NCBI GenBank assembly: GCA_002840365.1
Contig: PHAO01000001.1
Location: 367,514 to 431,513, forward strand
DNA: 64,000 nucleotides
Reading direction: 5' to 3'
Origin: Candidatus Dojkabacteria bacterium HGW-Dojkabacteria-1
GTDB taxonomy: Bacteria; Patescibacteriota; Dojkabacteria; SC72
Of this stretch, positions 57,961-64,000 are shown piece by piece; position 1 is the first letter of the stretch; every line of letters starts with the position of its first letter. A program made the translations under genes and the position numbers. Under the pieces are notes generated by a model, which had not been told where the DNA came from, made no database searches, and was given only the letters and a program-made list of their open reading frames with translations.

Positions 57961-58737
57961 ATGGACAGTACCTGTGCAATTATCTTTTCCGCTGGAAAAG
58001 GATTAAGATTGAGACCATTAACTGAAAGAACTCCAAAGCCATTATTAGAGATAATAGAAGGAAAAGCCTTATTAGATTTCACTCTTGAATCATTATTAAA
58101 AATTGGAATACAAGATATATTCATAAATTATTCCTACGCAGGTGATCTTTTTCATAATTTTAAGGAGGAATACAAAGAGAGGTGTAACATTACTCTAATT
58201 GAAGAAAGCGAACCTCTTGGTCAAGGAGGAACTATTCTAAAAAATATTTCCAACTTGAGAAAATATAACAAAGTAATATGTTCAAATGGTGATACATATG
58301 CTCAGTATGATAGAGAGCTTTTTATTGATAAACATGAATCTTTAAAATCCTCTCTTACAATACTTTCTGATAATAGCAAAAATTTACCTAGAGAAATTCT
58401 ATCAAGTTATTCAAATCATATTAAAGGCTGTAGACTTAACAACAAACCTTACTACTATAAAAAAGAAATTTTTAATATAAATAAAAGAGTGAACTATCTT
58501 GGAGAATTTATATTCAATCCAAACGATATTCCTTTAATAAATTTTACAGAAGAATTTAGAGGGTTATTTGGAACAGATGACTTAATTGAAATTCTTCAAA
58601 AGAATGGAAAGAAAACAATGATATACAACAAGAAAATTGATTATTTTTTAAGTATGAATACATTAGAAGAATATGAAAATATTAAAAACTTTTGTAACAA
58701 CTCAAAACAATGTTTGAATATCCTCAAGAATTTTTAG
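57961..58737 (+). CDS. Sugar-phosphate nucleotidyltransferase family protein
   Basis: SAGKGLRLRPLT..TPKPLL, EPLG.GG, NGD. Confidence 0.85.
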   Translation: MDSTCAIIFSAGKGLRLRPLTERTPKPLLEIIEGKALLDFTLESLLKIGIQDIFINYSYAGDLFHNFKEEYKERCNITLIEESEPLGQGGTILKNISNLRKYNKVICSNGDTYAQYDRELFIDKHESLKSSLTILSDNSKNLPREILSSYSNHIKGCRLNNKPYYYKKEIFNINKRVNYLGEFIFNPNDIPLINFTEEFRGLFGTDDLIEILQKNGKKTMIYNKKIDYFLSMNTLEEYENIKNFCNNSKQCLNILKNF

Positions 58738-59579
58738 AAAACAATTCAGATCGCAATAAGGATCATAATTTAAGAATCCTACATGGACCATTTTCCCCAT
58801 TACACGTAGAATCTAAACTCTCTCAAGGTGCCCAAGTTGTCACATTATCTTCAAATACAGATGGAACAGTATATGTCCCAAGAACAGATGAAATAGAGAG
58901 AGAAGAACTATCGAAAAATCTTCAACAAGAAATATCAAGATTAGAAGATGAAAAAAAAGTAGGTGTAATAGGTGCTATTAATGAAATGATGTTTAAATAC
59001 GGAGAGCAAACATATGGAGAATATCTTCCCAGAACATACTCTTTAAATACTAGCACCTTAATTGGTTCCGAAGAAGAAAATTTTGATGGTAAATCACTTC
59101 ATCCTGTACTATTTATTAGCAATTTTCTTCTTAAAGAAGCAAAAAATGGTGAAATTAGGAAAGAGATTGTTTTACATCCTGATATTATATTTTTCTTATC
59201 AAAAGGGAGAAAGGAAGGATTAAAGACTAGTTTGGATTTTTTAAATGAAATGGCTTCTCAATTAGATATACAGCTATACTTTGAGAACATACAACTCGCA
59301 AACTCAACAATGCAAAAAGTTTTCTCTATGTTCACAGACCCCTTTCAATTATCAAATATGATTAGAAATTATGAAAAATTAGGAGTTGCTATAGACATAA
59401 AACATATGGAACAACATTTTTTACCAGAGAGCATAGCAAATAATATAGATTCGACAATTAATGCCATCGGGCATCCTTCAAGAGTATTAATTCATTCGAG
59501 AAAAGGTTTAGAACAAAAATACCCAAACACTTATAAAAGATGTATTCAGAGTGGAATACCTTGGGTAGTTGAAGAGTAG
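58710..59579 (+). CDS. Hypothetical protein, possibly AP-endonuclease-2/xylose-isomerase-like TIM barrel
   Basis: LHGP, VLHP, LYFEN, IDIKH, LIH, VVE pattern. Confidence 0.55.
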   Translation: MFEYPQEFLENNSDRNKDHNLRILHGPFSPLHVESKLSQGAQVVTLSSNTDGTVYVPRTDEIEREELSKNLQQEISRLEDEKKVGVIGAINEMMFKYGEQTYGEYLPRTYSLNTSTLIGSEEENFDGKSLHPVLFISNFLLKEAKNGEIRKEIVLHPDIIFFLSKGRKEGLKTSLDFLNEMASQLDIQLYFENIQLANSTMQKVFSMFTDPFQLSNMIRNYEKLGVAIDIKHMEQHFLPESIANNIDSTINAIGHPSRVLIHSRKGLEQKYPNTYKRCIQSGIPWVVEE

Positions 59580-59580
59580 C

Positions 59581-61239
59581 CTATTTCTTTTTTAAACAAG
59601 CATTAATAAAACCCATAAATATTGGATGAGGTTCTAAAAATCTTGTTTTAAGCTCAGGATGATACTGTGTAGCAACAAAAAAGGGATGAATATCCTTACT
59701 TAATTCTATTGCCTCAACTAAATTACCATCTGGACTCTTTCCACTTAATTTTAAGCCTGCTTTCTCCAATTGTCCCCTATATTCATTGTTAAACTCATAC
59801 CTGTGTCTATGTCTTTCCATTACAATAGGCAATTTATCAAAAAGCGTATTAGAATACTTTTTGTAAATAGATTCGAGTAGGGTACCTTTTTCAATTTTGC
59901 ATGGCCATGCACCAAGCCTTATTGTACCTCCAAATTTTCCATCTTTCAGTAACTTCTTTTGTTCTTCCATCAAATGAATTACCTGATGTTTACTCTTAGG
60001 ATTAACTTCTTCAGAATTAGCATTCTTTAGACCTAATACATTTCTTGAATACTCTATTACTGCCATTTGCATACCATAGCAAAGACCAAGATATGGAATT
60101 TTCTTCTCTCTAGCTATCTGTACAGCCTTAATCTTACCTTCTGCACCTCTACTTCCCCAGCCTTGAGGAACGACCAAACCATCCATCTCAAGTAATTTTT
60201 TCTGTAATCCCTTGTTAGTTGTAAAGTCATCAGCCACTATCCAATGAATATTTGGTTTAACTCCTTGCTCCCAAGATGCATGATTAATTGCTTCTAATAC
60301 AGATACATATGAATCCTTTAAATCAAATTTTCCACTTTTGTAATACTTCCCAACAATACCAATATTAACTTCCTTTCTTAAATTCCTCATTTTCTTAGTT
60401 TTCTTTTTCCATATGTCCATCAAATCAGTTTTCTTTGGTTTAAGACTTAATTTTTTTAATATATTCTTTCCTAGCCTATCCTTTTCAAAGTTCTCTGGTA
60501 CATCATATATGCAATCTACATCATGAGCAGAGATAACGTTTTCGACAGGTACAAAACAGTATCTTGCTAATTTTTCTCTTCTTACATCATCAAGACCCAT
60601 TTTAGATCTAGCAATTAGAAAATCTGGATGAAGACCATATCCATTTATCAATTTAGTTGAAATCTGTACAGGCTTACTCTTCATTTCCCCTAAAGTTCCA
60701 GGTACAGGAAGATATGAGACATGAACATGAATAACATCCTGTGGATTTTCAATCTTCATTATCTTGTTAGCCTCTAAGAACAATCCATTTCCAACTTCCC
60801 CGACAGTACCACCGATTTCAACAATTGTAATATCTGTTTTACTCTCTTTAGAGACATTCTTTATCCATGTGATAATTTCATCTGGGACATGATAGTCTAA
60901 ACTCACCCATTTCCCTTCATAGGCTAGAGATCTTTCGTCTTTTATAACTTTGTCTAAGATAGCACCACAGGTCATTGAGTTGGGTCTTGAAAAAGATTCA
61001 TTAACAAATCTTTCATATGAACCAATGTCCATATCAGTTTCAAATCCATCTTCCAAAACAAAGGTTTCACCATGTTCAAGTGGATTCATAGTGCCAGCAT
61101 CCACATTTAAATATGGATCTGCTTTAATCATAGTTATCTTGTAACCATATGATTTAAGGATAAAAGCTATAGAGGCGGCAGAGATGCCTTTTCCAATTCC
61201 AGAAATTACTCCACCAGATACAAAAATGTATTTAGACAT
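59581..61239 (-). CDS. pyrG: CTP synthase
   Basis: GGVISGIGKG, DPYLNVDAGTM, LGLCYGMQ, RHRHRYE, QYHPE. Confidence 0.97.
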   Translation of the reverse strand: MSKYIFVSGGVISGIGKGISAASIAFILKSYGYKITMIKADPYLNVDAGTMNPLEHGETFVLEDGFETDMDIGSYERFVNESFSRPNSMTCGAILDKVIKDERSLAYEGKWVSLDYHVPDEIITWIKNVSKESKTDITIVEIGGTVGEVGNGLFLEANKIMKIENPQDVIHVHVSYLPVPGTLGEMKSKPVQISTKLINGYGLHPDFLIARSKMGLDDVRREKLARYCFVPVENVISAHDVDCIYDVPENFEKDRLGKNILKKLSLKPKKTDLMDIWKKKTKKMRNLRKEVNIGIVGKYYKSGKFDLKDSYVSVLEAINHASWEQGVKPNIHWIVADDFTTNKGLQKKLLEMDGLVVPQGWGSRGAEGKIKAVQIAREKKIPYLGLCYGMQMAVIEYSRNVLGLKNANSEEVNPKSKHQVIHLMEEQKKLLKDGKFGGTIRLGAWPCKIEKGTLLESIYKKYSNTLFDKLPIVMERHRHRYEFNNEYRGQLEKAGLKLSGKSPDGNLVEAIELSKDIHPFFVATQYHPELKTRFLEPHPIFMGFINACLKKK

Positions 61240-61296
61240 ATCGGAACATTTAGAGGTTATTGAATAGGTTATAGGTCACAAAAAGAAAAGTCAACA

Positions 61297-61737
61297 TTAA
61301 TATGTAACCTTTCTTGGAAAATCTTGCCACTCTTCTACTAATTTTGCTGTTTCACTACTATCTAATCTTTGCATTTCTAATTTCTCGTTGTTACATGTTT
61401 CATCATTAAAACACATAATTAAAGCTTCCTTGTATGTATTACCATAGTATACTTTCTTTATCTTAGCCCAATTAATAGCTCCTTCACACATCTTGCATGG
61501 TTTACCAGTTGTATATATTACACATGATGATAAATCGAAAGATTTAAGCTTTTTACTGGCCTGTTTAATTACATTTATCTCTGCATGACATGTAGCGTCC
61601 CTATCTTTAACAACAGTATTGTGACTCTTAGCTAATATCTTTCCATCCTTTACGATTACTGCTCCAAAAGGTCCACCATGTCTCTTCTTCATACCCTTTC
61701 TTGCTTCTTCAAGTGCTATCTTCATGAACTCATTCAT
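61297..61737 (-). CDS. Nucleoside/guanine deaminase (CDA fold)
   Basis: GGPFGAVIV, HAE, PCKMC. Confidence 0.88.
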   Translation of the reverse strand: MNEFMKIALEEARKGMKKRHGGPFGAVIVKDGKILAKSHNTVVKDRDATCHAEINVIKQASKKLKSFDLSSCVIYTTGKPCKMCEGAINWAKIKKVYYGNTYKEALIMCFNDETCNNEKLEMQRLDSSETAKLVEEWQDFPRKVTY

Positions 61738-61774
61738 GTATATAATTGTATATCAGTTTATTATCCATACTATC

Positions 61775-61963
61775 ATGAGTGAAAAAGAAAATCAGCATCC
61801 TCAGGATACTCTCCTACAGGAGGCATATGATTTAACTGAAAACAGATGGAAATTTGTAGCCTTTAAGGATCTCAAAAGAGCAATTGTATACAGAATAGAG
61901 AAAGACAACAATGGAAGAAGAAATTGGGTAAGAACAGAATCTAAGGATGCTAAAGACAATTAG
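61775..61963 (+). CDS. Small hypothetical protein
   Basis: ATG at 61775 after CATACT; hydrophilic 62 aa; may be linked by a frameshift to the next ORF. Confidence 0.4.
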   Translation: MSEKENQHPQDTLLQEAYDLTENRWKFVAFKDLKRAIVYRIEKDNNGRRNWVRTESKDAKDN

Positions 61964-61977
61964 AAGTAATACATCTA

Positions 61978-62193
61978 TTGCTACTTGTAAAAAAAATAGA
62001 TGATATAAATCTAAGGATATGTACAAGAGAATTACAAATACTAAAACCCAATGATACTAATAGTATACAACCACTATATATACCTGAACAAACAAACGAA
62101 GAACAAGAAGTTTTAGATATACAACTAAATAGTGGTTATCATATGATTATTAATGAGAATTCATTCCTATTCAAATCTCCTACTGAAATCTAA
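61978..62193 (+). CDS. Small hypothetical protein or fragment
   Basis: Fills intergenic space; poor TTG start next to an A8 run. Confidence 0.3.
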   Translation: MLLVKKIDDINLRICTRELQILKPNDTNSIQPLYIPEQTNEEQEVLDIQLNSGYHMIINENSFLFKSPTEI

Positions 62194-63009
62194 ACCATCT
62201 GCATCAGCTTTTTTACCAGTTCTTCCCAAATCTTTTTCGTACCTACTAGCATATTCTTTGTATTTTCGAACCCTCTTTATCCTTTCCTTTACAGGATACT
62301 GATAGTTTATTCCAGGTCCATTTATACACCCTCCTTCACATGTCAAAATATCTAAAAATTTGTAATTTTTGTAATACCCATCCTTAAATCCATCTAAGAT
62401 CTTTATTATATTTCCCATACCTTCCATTACAAGAATATCTTTCTTTTTTAATATATGCTGATATTGTAAGGTATCAGAGAGACCTCCTGAAAGAGGATAT
62501 ATCTTAGTGTAGTCGTTGTAAAATTTATCAAAGGTGGCAATATGCTTAGTATCAGTAATCTCCTCTGGAATATTGTACTTAACAAAAAGCTCATCTAAAT
62601 CTCTAAAAGTCAAAGCTTCATCTATTGTATCTAATTCTTGAGCTTCCATCTTTTTAGTTAAACATGGACCAACAAAGACATTAACATAGCCTGGAAAGTG
62701 CTTTCTACAAATTAATCCCATACTACCCATAGGGGAATGCACAGGAACAAGATTACGAAGTAAATGAGGATACTTACCTCTAATTACATTAACCAAAGTA
62801 GGGCAAGGAGATGATATCCAAGTCCTGTCATTATTCTCCTTAAGTATTTGATAGTAATTAAGATTAGTCATCTTAGCACCAAAGGTTACTTCTACAACCT
62901 TATCAAAACCCAAAGCTCTCAATCTATATACAATATCAGGATAGTCATATACAGAAATAAATGATGGGGCTAACATACATAGATATTTTTTCTTTTTATC
63001 AAATTCCAA
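62167..63009 (-). CDS. Stand-alone [FeFe]-hydrogenase H-domain-like protein
   Basis: LAPSF, L1 SSPCP, L2 GPCLTKKME, L3 ILTCEGGCINGPG. Confidence 0.85.
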   Translation of the reverse strand: MEFDKKKKYLCMLAPSFISVYDYPDIVYRLRALGFDKVVEVTFGAKMTNLNYYQILKENNDRTWISSPCPTLVNVIRGKYPHLLRNLVPVHSPMGSMGLICRKHFPGYVNVFVGPCLTKKMEAQELDTIDEALTFRDLDELFVKYNIPEEITDTKHIATFDKFYNDYTKIYPLSGGLSDTLQYQHILKKKDILVMEGMGNIIKILDGFKDGYYKNYKFLDILTCEGGCINGPGINYQYPVKERIKRVRKYKEYASRYEKDLGRTGKKADADGLDFSRRFE

Positions 63010-63091
63010 TTTAAAAATATCAAAACTTAATTACATACATACTAAACATTTACTACTTTAATTTCAAATATATATTGTGATACACTTAAAT

Positions 63092-63610
63092 ATGCAATTA
63101 ACAAAGGAAAAAAGATATACACTTTTAGGACTAGATTTAAATACTCTAACCCTCTATACAATATATCTTTTTGCATTCCTAATTCCTCTTGTAGTAGGGC
63201 ATCCTCAACTACTGGTAGGTAGTGCAATTAATTTCCTAATTATTTTCTCTACACTTAGATATGGCTTTAAGAGATCTCTTCCTGTTCTCATAACACCATC
63301 ACTAGTAGCAACTGGTACAGGTTTACTCTTTGGTAGTGCAACTCTTTTCCTAGTGTATCTAATGCCTTTTATAATGGTATCAAATATAATACTTTCATAT
63401 ACAATATCTAAACAAAATAACGTTTTAGGAATAGCTCTTGGTATCTTTTTTAAGGTAGCATTCCTTTATACATTTACTTCCATACTTGTACAAAATATCG
63501 GATTACCAAGTATTTTTTTAAACTCTATGGGACTTATACAAATATATACTGCACTAATAGGGGGTAGTATTGCTTTTGTATTAAACATTTTTACACACAA
63601 GATTAAGTAG
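63092..63610 (+). CDS. Polytopic membrane protein (ECF S-component-like)
   Basis: About six TM segments, PQLLVGS.IN, MPFI..SN, Q..TAL.G. Confidence 0.65.
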   Translation: MQLTKEKRYTLLGLDLNTLTLYTIYLFAFLIPLVVGHPQLLVGSAINFLIIFSTLRYGFKRSLPVLITPSLVATGTGLLFGSATLFLVYLMPFIMVSNIILSYTISKQNNVLGIALGIFFKVAFLYTFTSILVQNIGLPSIFLNSMGLIQIYTALIGGSIAFVLNIFTHKIK

Positions 63611-63612
63611 GT

Positions 63613-63641
63613 TTGACAACTTCATTAGAAAGATATACGTT
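63613..63641 (+). promoter_or_regulatory. sigma70 promoter
   Basis: TTGACA-17 nt-TACGTT upstream of the riboswitch. Confidence 0.55.
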
Positions 63642-63656
63642 CATATATAGAACCAC

Positions 63657-63731
63657 AAAGAAAGCGATGACACATGAACCTCCTTTGGTCGCTGATAGGT
63701 TTATGATGAGCAAATTGCGAAACCGGTCTTA
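63657..63731 (+). ncRNA. c-di-GMP-II-like riboswitch
   Basis: Kink-turn GCGATGA/TGAGC; stem CATGAACCT/AGGTTTATG; loop TTGGTCGC forms a pseudoknot with GCGA-AA-CCGG; P1 AAGA/TCTT. Confidence 0.8.
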
Positions 63732-63764
63732 GTTGTTTTACAACACTTAGGCTGGTAATTTTTT
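63722..63764 (+). terminator. Riboswitch expression-platform terminator
   Basis: ACCGGTCT..GTTGT/ACAAC..AGGCTGGT followed by AATTTTTT; overlaps the aptamer 3' strand. Confidence 0.7.
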
Positions 63765-63802
63765 CAACCTAGGTATATTTAATATATTTTTACCCTTTTA
63801 AG

Positions 63803-64000
63803 ATGAAAAAAATCTTATTTGGTTTCCTAGGTATATTCCTAGTAATAGGGATAGTAGCAGGAACAGGTTATGCTCTGTTTAGTAGCAAGGTTTCGATGAC
63901 GGGAGTTGTCTTAGGAACTGCTACTCCCTCTTTGGAAATAGGAACAGACAAATTTACTCCAGAGGTTACATGGTATACAACCTTGCCTGTGGATGGACAA
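63803..64000 (+). CDS. TasA/camelysin-like protein with SipW-type signal peptide, 3'-partial
   Basis: MKKILFGFLGIFLVIGIVAGTGYALFSSKVSMTGVVLGTATPSLEI: G-x-Y-A|x-F-S signal pattern. Confidence 0.7.
   Translation, partial: MKKILFGFLGIFLVIGIVAGTGYALFSSKVSMTGVVLGTATPSLEIGTDKFTPEVTWYTTLPVDGQ

Noticed and set aside
291-63227. Numerous 60-185 aa ORFs antisense or out of frame within assigned genes (e.g. 2279..2836, 5860..6315, 23980..24447, 44642..44854, 46412..46687)
   Set aside because: Shadow ORFs overlapping well-supported genes or structured repeats, with no recognisable motifs.
63700-63760. c-di-GMP-I (GEMM-I) riboswitch suggested by GCAAA..GAAA
   Set aside because: No GNRA/receptor P2-P3 layout; the kink-turn plus pseudoknot fits class II.

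Overview
AT-rich bacterial chromosome segment in standard code 11 (dnaE and the P-type ATPase end in TGA). The gene content suggests a Patescibacteria/CPR organism, possibly Dojkabacteria; this is an inference. Most of the window is housekeeping: gatA, lgt, helD-like, gpmI, rplS, dnaE, uvrB/uvrC, mutL, lexA, nrdR-nrdD-nrdG, trxB, ppaC, map, obg, pyrG, a fermentative OFOR plus ADP-forming acetyl-CoA synthetase module, and three tRNAs (Gly-TCC, Gln-TTG, Pro-TGG). Large Cys-rich/FN3 surface proteins lie at 26.4-37.3 kb. Four things stand out. (1) At 44.67-46.99 kb, four unrelated small exported/lipoprotein genes are each built as a unit: a boxA-like TGYTCTTTAAAA leader, a cassette-specific covarying long-range stem pairing sequence upstream of the ORF with sequence at its stop codon (like an rRNA processing stalk; weak in one unit), and a related hairpin family downstream. 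(2) The class III ribonucleotide reductase is split, with its glycyl-radical loop on a separate 45-aa gene missed by the ORF track, and sits under four NrdR boxes. (3) A c-di-GMP-II-like riboswitch with terminator precedes a TasA/SipW-type secreted protein. (4) A candidate novel LexA operator (GGTATACTA x4) lies upstream of lexA. All calls are by eye; no searches were run.
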